A DNA stretch of 64,000 nucleotides from Lachnospiraceae bacterium (lineage in GTDB: Bacteria; Bacillota; Clostridia; Lachnospirales; Lachnospiraceae): assembly GCA_024690825.1 (NCBI GenBank), contig JAILOK010000027.1:15377-79376 (forward strand), in the 5' to 3' direction. The position numbers and the translations under genes are program-made. The notes beneath the pieces are model-generated. The model was not told the DNA's origin. It worked only from the letters and a program-made list of their open reading frames with translations, and ran no database searches. The first letter of the stretch is position 1, and each line of letters opens with the position of its first letter. Below, piece after piece: positions 9,190-18,304 of this stretch.

Positions 9190-9926
9190 GCGAAAACTCC
9201 TTTGATCCTTTGTAAGCCCATGGCATATTTTGAACTGCTGCTCCGTGTAAGACCCATGCCCGAAAGGACGCTGCTTATCTCACCGGGGAGGAATTCATCA
9301 TATTTGATCTCAAGCACATGCATGTTACCGTCAAGCACCGGTCTGCCGGTAAGTGCCGGATCAAACATCCTCTCAAAACTGTCGGAGGCGGTTATATTCC
9401 TGTCGATCGTTATCCTGACATTTGCGATGTCGTAAATGTAGGCGCTCCGCTCATAATCAATGATGCACGCAGGACTGTAAAGATCCGCCGTTATCCTTGC
9501 AAGGTATTTTTCCAGGACTCTCTTTTCTCTTTCGTTCCTGTATTCTCCGCTGTCTATGAGACCGCTCAAAATGCGGGACGCCCTTATTATATCACCCGAA
9601 ATAAGCCCGTAAAAAACCTCTTCCGTAATGAGAGCATTCATCTTGGAGATCGTATCCCTGTGCCTTATCTTTATCTCGGAAACGATCGTATCCCTGCCGC
9701 AGTCGTAGGTCCTGATCCTGTATTTCTCACGCGGCGACACGCCTGCGGTATTTTCCCTGCAACAGACAAAAGACGGACTGTCAAAATAGATGCTTCTGAT
9801 CCTGTAATGATCTCCCTTCTGATGCGGATCCGGCCGTAAAAGCGCCTTTATCCGGTTTCTCACATCAAGGAGCACATCGTCACCGACTATGAATTTTAAT
9901 TCCTTCCGGTACCCGTCCATAATCAC
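9186..9926 (-). CDS. VTC / polyphosphate-polymerase-domain protein (CYTH-like)
   Basis: YRKELKF, YRIRSIYFD, REKYRIRTY, YERSAY, VRITID and VLEIKY motifs. Start is GTG 9926 or ATG 9920. Confidence 0.88.
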   Translation of the reverse strand: MIMDGYRKELKFIVGDDVLLDVRNRIKALLRPDPHQKGDHYRIRSIYFDSPSFVCCRENTAGVSPREKYRIRTYDCGRDTIVSEIKIRHRDTISKMNALITEEVFYGLISGDIIRASRILSGLIDSGEYRNEREKRVLEKYLARITADLYSPACIIDYERSAYIYDIANVRITIDRNITASDSFERMFDPALTGRPVLDGNMHVLEIKYDEFLPGEISSVLSGMGLTRSSSSKYAMGLQRIKGVFA

Positions 9927-10002
9927 AGAAAATCATATCAAAATCGGATGATTTATTCAAGACAGGGCAGCCGGCCGGGCGATCGCCGGGCAAGCTGTTT
10001 TT

Positions 10003-10189
10003 CTGACGATACGGAATGATCTTCAACACGACCCACGCTCCGCCGCCTGACGAGCTAACTGCCAACTGCGACTTAAAACTTCCGGAAATTCGGCGTTGCC
10101 TCTTTCCCGGCGGTCTAAATCTTCGTAGGCAGTTATCTCTCGTTGCTGCGCTGATGGGTCGTTTTTGAATGATCATTCCGTATCGTCAG
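10003..10189. repeat. 187-bp rod-like imperfect palindrome (rod A); MITE-like element or structured RNA
   Basis: 19-bp perfect terminal IR CTGACGATACGGAATGATC extending to about 33 bp, with nested stems ACGAG/CTCGT, TAACTGCC/GGCAGTTA, TGCGA/TCGTA, CCGGAAA/TTTCCCGG and GGC/GCC. Confidence 0.7.
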
Positions 10190-10222
10190 GCCAAAATATT
10201 ACTCAGGCGGTCTCCCGGCCGC

Positions 10223-10251
10223 TTTACAAAAGGAACAAATGTTCGTAAAAT
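10223..10251 (+). promoter_or_regulatory. sigmaA promoter with SOS box for the Y-family polymerase
   Basis: TTTACA(10223-28)-N17-TAAAAT(10246-51); GAAC-AAAT-GTTC at 10233-10244 lies in the spacer. Confidence 0.85.
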
Positions 10252-10257
10252 AAAGGT

Positions 10258-11769
10258 ATGGAGAAAGAAAAGAGAACCTACATCGCGATCGACCTCAAAT
10301 CCTTCTACGCTTCAGTCGAATGCGTGGAAAGGGGACTCGATCCGCTTAATACAAACCTTGTCGTGGCGGACGAAAGCCGTACCGAAAAGACCATCTGCCT
10401 TGCGGTATCGCCATCCTTAAAGGAATGCGGGATCCCCGGCAGACCCCGGCTTTTCGAAGTGATACAAAGGGTTGATGAGGTAAACAAAAACCGCCTTCAG
10501 CGCGCAGACGGCCGAATGTTTACCGGTGACAGCTGCTTTAAGGATGAGCTTGATGCCGACCCTTCTCTTAAGCTTTCATATATCACTGCCGTGCCGAGGA
10601 TGGCCCTGTATAAAAGCTACAGCGCAAAGATCTTTTCAATATACTTAAGATATGTTTCAAGCGCCGATATCCACATCTACTCCGTGGATGAGGTGTTCAT
10701 GGACATCACCGGATATCTGGGGATATATAACATGACGCCCCACGAGCTTACGATAAAGATCATCCGCGAAGTCTTGAAAGAGACCGGCATCACTGCCACG
10801 GCCGGCATCGGAACAAACATGTATCTTTGCAAGATAGCAATGGATATAACGGCCAAGCACATGGAGCCGGATGCCGACGGCGTAAGGATAGCGGAACTTG
10901 ACGAAATAAGTTACAGACGCCTTTTGTGGGATCACAGGCCCATCACGGATTTCTGGCGCGTAGGCAGAGGATACCGTGACAGGCTGGCTTCCTGCGCTCT
11001 TTACACCATGGGCGACATAGCCAGGTGCTCACTTGAAAACGATGAGATCCTCTACCGTCTCTTCGGAGTAAACGCAGAGCTTTTGATCGATCATGCCTGG
11101 GGCTATGAGCCCTGCACGATGGAAGCGATCAAAAGCTATGTCCCTGAAAACAACTCCCTGAGTTCGGGCCAGGTCTTAAAAGAACCCTACAGCACAGAAA
11201 AGACCCGGATCGTCGTGCGTGAAATGGCAGACGCGCTGTCGCTTGATCTGATGAAAAAGAACCTTGTAACCGACCAGATCATCCTCACGCTTTCCTACGA
11301 CAAGGCAAGTCTTGATGATAAAAACGGTTCCGGTTATAAGGGCGAGATCACCAAAGACTACTACGGACGCGCTGTGCCAAAGCACGCTCACGGAACTGCG
11401 AATTTAGGTCACCACACTATGACCGGAGCCGAGATCACGGAAAACGCCATGAAGCTTTTTGACACGATAATCACGGAAGGGCTCTTTGTCAGAAGGATCA
11501 ATATCACCGCAAACCATGTCATCCCGTCCGAAAAAGCATCAAAAAGCCGGGATGAATACGAACAGCTTGATCTTTTTTCAATGATGCAGGAAAGGTCGCA
11601 GGATGCCTCATCGGACAGAAAAAGACTTGAAAAAGAAAAAGCGCTGCAGCAGGCAGTGCTTGAGATAAAAAACCGTTACGGCGGAAATGCCGTATTAAAA
11701 GGAACCAGCTTCATGGAAGGAGCTACGGGAAGGGAGCGCAATGAACAGGTCGGCGGACACAAAGCATAA
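10258..11769 (+). CDS. Y-family translesion DNA polymerase (UmuC/ImpB/UvrX-like)
   Basis: YIAIDLKSFYASVEC, ICLAVS, YSVDEVFMD, TATAGIGTNMYLCK, C-terminal IKNRYGGNAVLKG. Confidence 0.92.
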   Translation: MEKEKRTYIAIDLKSFYASVECVERGLDPLNTNLVVADESRTEKTICLAVSPSLKECGIPGRPRLFEVIQRVDEVNKNRLQRADGRMFTGDSCFKDELDADPSLKLSYITAVPRMALYKSYSAKIFSIYLRYVSSADIHIYSVDEVFMDITGYLGIYNMTPHELTIKIIREVLKETGITATAGIGTNMYLCKIAMDITAKHMEPDADGVRIAELDEISYRRLLWDHRPITDFWRVGRGYRDRLASCALYTMGDIARCSLENDEILYRLFGVNAELLIDHAWGYEPCTMEAIKSYVPENNSLSSGQVLKEPYSTEKTRIVVREMADALSLDLMKKNLVTDQIILTLSYDKASLDDKNGSGYKGEITKDYYGRAVPKHAHGTANLGHHTMTGAEITENAMKLFDTIITEGLFVRRINITANHVIPSEKASKSRDEYEQLDLFSMMQERSQDASSDRKRLEKEKALQQAVLEIKNRYGGNAVLKGTSFMEGATGRERNEQVGGHKA

Positions 11770-11938
11770 TAAAGGAAAATACGAAGATATCATAAACACG
11801 GAATATCCGTTCCCATCCGGCCGCAGCCGTATGTCCATGCACGACAGGGCTGCCCAGTTTGCGCCCTTTGCCGCCCTGACAGGCCTCGGGGAAGAACTCG
11901 AGAAGGTAGCGGAGGTGACAGAGGGACGGTCCCGGTGA
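11741..11938 (+). CDS. Short YolD-like accessory protein, possibly C-terminally truncated
   Basis: KYEDII...MSMHDRAAQFAPFAALTG is the N-terminal signature of genes that follow Firmicute UmuC homologues. Overlaps the polymerase end; its last codons and stop come from a REP-like unit. Confidence 0.7.
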   Translation: MNRSADTKHNKGKYEDIINTEYPFPSGRSRMSMHDRAAQFAPFAALTGLGEELEKVAEVTEGRSR

Positions 11939-11947
11939 CAACTTTCA
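11915..11947. repeat. REP-like repeat, locus 1
   Basis: GTGACAGAGGGACGGTCCCGGTGACAACTTTC. Confidence 0.75.
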
Positions 11948-12147
11948 TGCGACTCATTTTGATTCCTAAGCATTCCATTTTGAACTGTGCAGGTGAGATT
12001 ATCACCTACAAAGACTAAACCCGCATGCCATGAGCACATGCAAAGTGCGAATGACTTGCGGGTTTAAGTATTTGTTGGTGATAGGTTCACCGTCGCAGCA
12101 GTTCCCCGGAATGCGTGGAACAAAATGAGTCAAAGTGAAAGTTGTCA
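11936..12147. repeat. 212-bp rod-like imperfect palindrome (rod B)
   Basis: Nested stems TGACAACTTTCA/TGAAAGTTGTCA, GACTCATTTTG/CAAAATGAGTC, TTCC/GGAA, GCATTCC/GGAATGC, GAACT/AGTTC, GGTGA/TCACC, TATCACC/GGTGATA, ACAAA/TTTGT and TAAACCCGCA/TGCGGGTTTA. Confidence 0.8.
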
Positions 12148-12150
12148 ACT

Positions 12151-13023
12151 TCAGTTTCCGTACAGGATCCTTGCATACTCCGAATCCTTGTCAAGGATCA
12201 GTGTCTTGTCATTTCCGGTCATGGCTTCTAAGGAATCCAGCCCCCTTAGATAGTTATAAAAATCAGCCTTGTCCTCATTCCTGTAAGCGTCCGAAAGGAT
12301 CTTCATATATTCGGCTTCACCTTCGGCCTCAAGCTTTGCGGCCTCTTTTTCCGCATTCGCCTTTGTTATGCTTACCTGCTTGTCGGTCTCATTCATTATC
12401 TTTTTTGCTTCAGCCTGTCCCTTGGCACGATATCCGCTGGCGATATTATTTCTTTCGGATATCATTCTTTCATACACCGCAGCCTTGTTGTCATCGGGCA
12501 GATCCAGCGCCTTTATCTCGGCAAGCTCGATCACTATGCCGTACTGGCTTATATCCGAATTCGACTCATCGGTTATCCTATTTGTCAGCGTATTTCCGCG
12601 GGCTGCGATGATCTCGTCCTGGGTCATCGATGATATGATGTTCTTGGTGGCGTTAAATACCGCCGCGCCTATCCTTTCTTCCGCCCTTCCTCTTATCGCT
12701 CCGAGAGTCTGGTAGTATTTCACCGCATCATTTACCGACCAGATCACATAGTTGTCTGCGATCATGGATTTCTTATCCGATGTGATGACATCGGATACCG
12801 GTATGTCATAGAGCCTGTCCCCGCAGTAAACTGTCGTTATGTCCTCGATGAACGGAGTATGCACATGCAGTCCCGTATTCTTCTGAACCGCCTGTATCTT
12901 TCCAAGCCTTATGAGCAGCGCGGTCTCATTTGTATGAACGGTATAGCAGGATGAAACGATGATAAAAAATGCTATGATCAAAACTGCTATGCCGGCGATC
13001 TTAATAAAACTTTTGTTCTTCAT
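12151..13023 (-). CDS. hflC: FtsH protease modulator HflC (SPFH family)
   Basis: Single N-terminal TM; VITSDKKSMIADNYVIW, AVYERMISERN, AEGEAE, KADFYNYLR; directly follows hflK. Confidence 0.85.
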   Translation of the reverse strand: MKNKSFIKIAGIAVLIIAFFIIVSSCYTVHTNETALLIRLGKIQAVQKNTGLHVHTPFIEDITTVYCGDRLYDIPVSDVITSDKKSMIADNYVIWSVNDAVKYYQTLGAIRGRAEERIGAAVFNATKNIISSMTQDEIIAARGNTLTNRITDESNSDISQYGIVIELAEIKALDLPDDNKAAVYERMISERNNIASGYRAKGQAEAKKIMNETDKQVSITKANAEKEAAKLEAEGEAEYMKILSDAYRNEDKADFYNYLRGLDSLEAMTGNDKTLILDKDSEYARILYGN

Positions 13024-13035
13024 CCCGATACCCTC

Positions 13036-14109
13036 CTATTCTTCCGCATCAACCGAATAATCCGTCGCGTCCACAGATTCTTCCGGAATCTCGTCCTCTT
13101 CGTCCGTATTCCTTCCCTCATCGGTGAAGCTGTCCAAAGGCAGCATGGTCTGGGTCTGTCCGTCAGATATGACCACCTTTATGCCCGGAAGGATCTCTTC
13201 CATCTTTTCATAGAACATCCGGCGTTTCGTAACGGTCGGGTATTTCTGATATTCATTGTAGATCTCGTTAAACCTTGCAACCTGTCCCTCGGCTTCGGCT
13301 ATCCTTGCTTCCTTTGCGGCCGTTGCCTTCTGTATTATGGCATCCGCCTCCGCTTCCGCTTCCGGGATCTTTCTGTTCTTGTAGGCCTGGGCGTTATTCT
13401 TGTCCGTATCCGCTCCCTGCTTTGCGGTCTCTACCTCCTTGAAGGCCGCAACGATCTCGGCTGTCGGAGGTCTCGAATCCTGCACAGTGATATTGAGGAC
13501 CATAAGCCCGATATCGTGCTCGTTAAGTTCCTTCGTGATGGCTTCCTTGATATCGGCCTGTATCTGGCTCTTTCCGGTAGTCATGGCCTCGTCGACGGTA
13601 TAGTTTGATACCACCGTCCTGATGTTTGACTGCGCGATGTTGGCAAGTATCGTTTCGGGGCTTTCGGTATTATAGGTATAGGCAACCGGATCGGACACCC
13701 TGTACTCAAGATAAAAATCAATATTGAGCAGGTTGAAATCCGAGGTGATCATGATCCCGCTGGCCTCATCCACAGGATACTGCCCTTTTTGCGCATCCTC
13801 ATCTATCACATAGCCTATCGCGGTTCCGTGGGTCGTCATATCGACCATCCTCACGCTCTGCCACGGAGCCTTGAAATAAAAACCTGCGGTATTTACCTGG
13901 ATCACTCTGCCAAACTGAGTCAGAATCGCGTTCTCCTGCTCGTTTACCGCGTAAAAGCACCGTAGCAGCACTGATACGGCAATGATCGCTATGATCACAA
14001 AGGAGACCACTCCCCGTATCTTTTTGAAAGCTTCTCCCGGATCGGTATAGGTCCCGCCTTCATTGACTATGTCCGGTTTTTTCTTATAAAAGGTGAAATT
14101 CGGTTTCAT
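13036..14109 (-). CDS. hflK: FtsH protease modulator HflK (SPFH family)
   Basis: MITSDFNL, YRVSDP, QDSRPP, AFKEVETAK, AEGQVARF, YQKYPTVTKRRMFYE. Confidence 0.88.
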   Translation of the reverse strand: MKPNFTFYKKKPDIVNEGGTYTDPGEAFKKIRGVVSFVIIAIIAVSVLLRCFYAVNEQENAILTQFGRVIQVNTAGFYFKAPWQSVRMVDMTTHGTAIGYVIDEDAQKGQYPVDEASGIMITSDFNLLNIDFYLEYRVSDPVAYTYNTESPETILANIAQSNIRTVVSNYTVDEAMTTGKSQIQADIKEAITKELNEHDIGLMVLNITVQDSRPPTAEIVAAFKEVETAKQGADTDKNNAQAYKNRKIPEAEAEADAIIQKATAAKEARIAEAEGQVARFNEIYNEYQKYPTVTKRRMFYEKMEEILPGIKVVISDGQTQTMLPLDSFTDEGRNTDEEDEIPEESVDATDYSVDAEE

Positions 14110-14226
14110 AAGCCTTTCTTCCTCCTTATTCGAACTGATATCTCAATTTTAGACATTCAGTAATTTTAAGTATATGCGTGATTTCGGAAAATACGATACC
14201 ATATTTTTCAATTTTGACAAAATATG

Positions 14227-14330
14227 GTGACAGGGGGACGGTTCTGCTGTCATCTTTTGTGTCAGGGGTGTGTCAGGGGGACGGTTCTTCTGTCATCTTT
14301 TGTGTCAGCAGAACCGTCCCTCTGTCAACT
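14227..14330. repeat. REP-like repeat, locus 2 (three half-sites)
   Basis: GACAGGGGGACGGTTCTG..., TCAGGGGGACGGTTCTT... and inverted CAGAACCGTCCCTCTGTC, abutting the ABC gene stop. Confidence 0.85.
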
Positions 14331-16064
14331 CTATATCGCGCTCAGCTGCATGCGGTAATACTTCTCGTAGAGTCCGCCCCGTTTAATAAGTTCCTTATGC
14401 GTGCCCCGTTCCATGATGCCCTCGCTGTCAAGGACGATGATCTCGTCCGCGCCGAGGATCGTGGAAAGCCTGTGGGCTATGGTGATCGTCGTACGGCCGC
14501 AGGCAAGCCTTTCCAGACTGTCCTGTATGAATCGCTCGCTCTCATTATCAAGGGCGCTTGTTGCCTCATCAAGGATAAGCACCGGCGGATTTTTCAAAAA
14601 CACTCTTGCTATCGCGATACGCTGCTTCTGCCCGCCCGATAATCTTTCGCCTCTCTCACCGACCCCGGTATCAAGTCCTTCCGGCAGATCATTTATCAGA
14701 TCCATGAGATCGGCATCCTCCGCGGCTTTTATTATATCGTCATCAGATGCCCCGGGTCTGCCGTAAGCAATATTTTCGCGTATGGTGCCGTTAAAGAGAT
14801 ATACATCCTGCTGGACTATGCCGATGAAGGAACGAAGCGACTTCTGCGTCACATCTCTTACATCTGTCCCGTCGATCTTTACGGAACCTTCGGACACATC
14901 GTAAAACCTCGGAAGGAGCGAACACAGCGTCGTCTTGCCCCCGCCTGACGGCCCTACAATGGCAACAGACTTTCCCGCATCGATATGCAGATCGACAGCC
15001 TTAAGCACTTTTTCATCGCCTTCATATGAAAAACCCACATTCTCATAATCAATGACACCCTTAACATCCCGAAGTTCTTTCGCGCCCGGTCTGTCCACGA
15101 TCTCGGGCACGGTCTCCATCACCTCGCTGAACCGTTCAAAGCCCGCAAGGCCCTTCTGGAACAGCTCGGTAAACTCCACCAGCACATTTATGGGATTGAT
15201 GAAGATATTGATATAGAGCGCATAGATGGCAAGGTCCTCCACGGAAAGAGAACCCTTTGCTATGAGAAATCCGCCGGCTGCGATCACCGCAACATACATC
15301 ATCCCTTCAAAGAAATTGTTGCCCGTGAAAAACAGAGCCATCTGTCTGTAATTGTCTTTTCTCGAATCAAGAAAAGCCAGATTGCTCTCATCGAATTTTT
15401 CCTTTTCGATCTCTTCTCCGGTAAAGGATTTGACCACGCGGATCCCGGCAAGAGTATCCTGCAGTGTTGAGTTGATCCCTGCGATCTTTTCGCGGTTATC
15501 CGTAAATGTAGCTCTCATCCGCCGGTTCTGGCTCACCGAAAAAACGATCATGCACGCAGCCACAAAAACAAGACAGAGAGTCATGGGAACATTGATCCTC
15601 ATCAGCAGTATGAAGGACCCCGCCAGCTTGATGACGGAAATAAAGATATTCTCAGGCCCGTGGTGCGCAAGCTCCGTGATATCAAAAAGGTCGGAAACGA
15701 GCTTCGACATCATCGCGCCCGTATTATGCGTATCGTAGTAGGAGAAGGAAAACGCCTCATATCTGTCAAACAGGTCCTCGCGCATCTTTGATTCCATCCG
15801 TGCGCCCATCATATGACCCTGATAGGTGACATACCATCTGCAAAGCGACCTGATCACATACAGCGCAATAAGAACAAGCGCAATGATCCCAAGCCTTGAA
15901 AGTATCTCCTGCGAAGATTCAAGAAACAAAGTCGTCCTGAGCACCCTCAGAAACTGCGGGAACATGAGATCGATGAGCGACAGTACAGTCGCGCAGAAAA
16001 GATCAAAAAGGAACACTCCGATATGCGGTTTGTAATAAGGTATAAATTTTCTGATCAGTTTCAT
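14331..16064 (-). CDS. ABC exporter, fused permease and ATPase
   Basis: Six-TM N-half; Walker A GPSGGGKT, LSGGQKQRIAIAR, LILDEATSALD, IAHRLST. Start placed at MKLIRK (16064); the ORF track extends to 16115. Confidence 0.92.
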   Translation of the reverse strand: MKLIRKFIPYYKPHIGVFLFDLFCATVLSLIDLMFPQFLRVLRTTLFLESSQEILSRLGIIALVLIALYVIRSLCRWYVTYQGHMMGARMESKMREDLFDRYEAFSFSYYDTHNTGAMMSKLVSDLFDITELAHHGPENIFISVIKLAGSFILLMRINVPMTLCLVFVAACMIVFSVSQNRRMRATFTDNREKIAGINSTLQDTLAGIRVVKSFTGEEIEKEKFDESNLAFLDSRKDNYRQMALFFTGNNFFEGMMYVAVIAAGGFLIAKGSLSVEDLAIYALYINIFINPINVLVEFTELFQKGLAGFERFSEVMETVPEIVDRPGAKELRDVKGVIDYENVGFSYEGDEKVLKAVDLHIDAGKSVAIVGPSGGGKTTLCSLLPRFYDVSEGSVKIDGTDVRDVTQKSLRSFIGIVQQDVYLFNGTIRENIAYGRPGASDDDIIKAAEDADLMDLINDLPEGLDTGVGERGERLSGGQKQRIAIARVFLKNPPVLILDEATSALDNESERFIQDSLERLACGRTTITIAHRLSTILGADEIIVLDSEGIMERGTHKELIKRGGLYEKYYRMQLSAI

Positions 16065-16150
16065 ATGATCTGCCTGATATAGAGATTTTGGAGATTCCTG
16101 CCGGAGAATGACCATTCAGCCATTTCAGAGGTTAATTGTACGATACCGGC

Positions 16151-16720
16151 TCATATCCTTCCAAGGAAATTTTCCATAATGATCCTGCCGTTTGGCGTAA
16201 GAATCGATTCCGGGTGAAACTGCAGACCGTATATATCATACTCTGTGTGCTTTACCGCCATGATCTCACCGTCATCGGTTTTCGCAAGAACCTGCAGACT
16301 TGCGGGAATAGTATCGGGGTCTGCGGCAAGGGAATGGTATCTGGCAACTTCGAGTCTGTCCGGAAGCCCCGCAAATATCGGAGATGTATTATCGATCGAA
16401 GCCGCGCTCTTCCTGCCGTGCATCAGTTCCTTCGCATGTATTATATTCGCACCGAAGACCTCACAGATGGCCTGATGCCCCAGACATATTCCAAGCATCG
16501 GACCCTTCCCTGCAAGCTCCCTTATCACATCCTCACATACACCGGCATCCTTCGGATATCCGGGACCGGGCGACAGTATGATATGATCAAAACCGCCCTT
16601 TTCAATCTCAGAAACCGTCATTGCGTCATTTCTGATAACGCGGATATCCTCCCTGATGCTGCCCACCAGCTGGTATACATTATATGAAAATGAATCGTAA
16701 TTATCTATCAGCAGTACCAT
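16151..16720 (-). CDS. trpG: Anthranilate synthase component II (glutamine amidotransferase)
   Basis: LIDNYDSFSYN, LSPGPG, LGICLGHQ, RYHSL, GLQFHPES. Confidence 0.9.
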   Translation of the reverse strand: MVLLIDNYDSFSYNVYQLVGSIREDIRVIRNDAMTVSEIEKGGFDHIILSPGPGYPKDAGVCEDVIRELAGKGPMLGICLGHQAICEVFGANIIHAKELMHGRKSAASIDNTSPIFAGLPDRLEVARYHSLAADPDTIPASLQVLAKTDDGEIMAVKHTEYDIYGLQFHPESILTPNGRIIMENFLGRI

Positions 16721-16762
16721 GATCGTCCCTCCGGTTTTTGTAAACCATTTATATGAGCCGCT

Positions 16763-18226
16763 TCAGCAGCCAGCCTCTGCGGCATTTATTACAGCATTTC
16801 TCACTGCCAGCGATTTGTTGGCAGATTCCTCGTATTCCTTTTCCGGATCCGAGTCGGCAACTATCCCGCCACCGGCGGAAATATATACAGTGTCACCCCG
16901 CTTCACTGCCATTCTTATGGCAATACAGGTATCCATATTCCCGGACAGGTCAACATATCCCAATGCACCGCCGTAAACGCCTCTGGGGAAATTTTCAAGT
17001 TCATCTATGATCTGACATGCCCTGATCTTTGGCGCTCCGGAAAGCGTACCCGCGGGAAGAAGGGATTCTATGGCATCAAGAGCATCCTTATCTTCACGGA
17101 TATCGCCTTCGACCTGCGAGCAGATGTGCATTATCTTTGAATACCTGTGAATCATCTTATATTTTGTGACCTCGACGCTTCCGAAACGGCAGATCCTGCC
17201 CAGATCATTCCTTCCGAGATCGACAAGCATATTATGCTCCGACAGTTCCTTCTCATCGGCAAGAAGTTCCCTTTCCAGGGCTTCATCCTCCTCTTCATCT
17301 CTTCCTCTGGGACATGAGCCCGCAACGGGGAAGGTTGTCAGCCTCCCGTTTTCAAGTCTGATGAGAGTCTCGGGTGAAGTGCTCATGATCTCGTCGCCGT
17401 CTATATGCAGAAAAACCATGTAGGGCGAGGGATTCGTTGTTCGCAGCACCCTGTACGCATCTGTCAGGCTTTGATCGTATTTTGTCGTGAATCTCCTTGC
17501 TATCACCGCCTGGAAAATGTCTCCGTTATAAATATATTCCCGCGTCTTTTCTATCAGCTTGCAGTATTCCTCCTTTGTCACGCTGCATTCAAAACTGATG
17601 TCTGAAGGGTTCTGCTTTTTTGTTTCCAACGGTGTGAACTGTGATCTGATCATCTCCTCAAGTTTTGAGATATCATGGACCGCTTTTTCATAGTTTTTGT
17701 CGATATCATCCGTCCTCATGTTTACGATGATGAGGATCTTCTGTCTAAGATGGTCAAAAGCGATCACCTTATCATAAAGACACAGATCCATATCATTGTA
17801 TCCATCACTCTTTATGTTAAGGACGGGCTCTGCATAACCTATCATGGCGTACCCGAAATAACCGACGAACCCGCCGGTAAAAGGCGGCATTCCCGGAAGT
17901 TTCGGAGATGCATGCTCCTTCAGCATCTTTCTTACCACGGAAAGCGGATCCCCGGTTTCTTCTGTTTCTTTCCGGCCGTCTTTTTCGATCGTCACGGATT
18001 TATCCTTACAAAAGACCCGTACCGACGGATCATATCCAAGGAAGGAATACCGTCCCCATTTTTCTCCGCCCTCCACACTTTCAAGCAGGAAAAACCTGTC
18101 TGATATCGCCGCCATTTTCTTCAGCAGCAAAATGGGTGTTGTCACATCCGCATATATTTCCTTACTGACGGGGACGACCGGATATTCCTTTGCCAGTTCC
18201 CCGATCTTTGCTTTTTCGGGCATCAT
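16763..18226 (-). CDS. trpE: Anthranilate synthase component I
   Basis: FLLES and NPSPYM (Trp feedback sites), GDIFQAV, EHNMLVDLGRND, PAGTLSGAPKIRA, YGGALGY, AGGGIVADS. Confidence 0.9.
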   Translation of the reverse strand: MMPEKAKIGELAKEYPVVPVSKEIYADVTTPILLLKKMAAISDRFFLLESVEGGEKWGRYSFLGYDPSVRVFCKDKSVTIEKDGRKETEETGDPLSVVRKMLKEHASPKLPGMPPFTGGFVGYFGYAMIGYAEPVLNIKSDGYNDMDLCLYDKVIAFDHLRQKILIIVNMRTDDIDKNYEKAVHDISKLEEMIRSQFTPLETKKQNPSDISFECSVTKEEYCKLIEKTREYIYNGDIFQAVIARRFTTKYDQSLTDAYRVLRTTNPSPYMVFLHIDGDEIMSTSPETLIRLENGRLTTFPVAGSCPRGRDEEEDEALERELLADEKELSEHNMLVDLGRNDLGRICRFGSVEVTKYKMIHRYSKIMHICSQVEGDIREDKDALDAIESLLPAGTLSGAPKIRACQIIDELENFPRGVYGGALGYVDLSGNMDTCIAIRMAVKRGDTVYISAGGGIVADSDPEKEYEESANKSLAVRNAVINAAEAGC

Positions 18227-18304
18227 AATAAAACACTTCCTTTCGCGTCAGATCATCAACCATGATATCATAGCATCATATCCACAAAATGTAAAAATGT
18301 GCGG

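Noticed and set aside
9880-10176. 98-aa minus-strand ORF upstream of the VTC gene
   Set aside because: Runs through palindromic rod A, has no RBS, and overlaps the VTC start out of frame.
10258-11769. DNA methyltransferase label sometimes given to this family
   Set aside because: No SAM-binding or methylase catalytic motif; Y-family polymerase motifs are clear.
10003-12147. Rod A or rod B as 6S RNA
   Set aside because: Length fits, but rod B lacks a large central bubble, rod A's bubble is GC-rich, no convincing dedicated promoter was seen, and the rods appear to be two copies of one family. Not called without an Infernal search.
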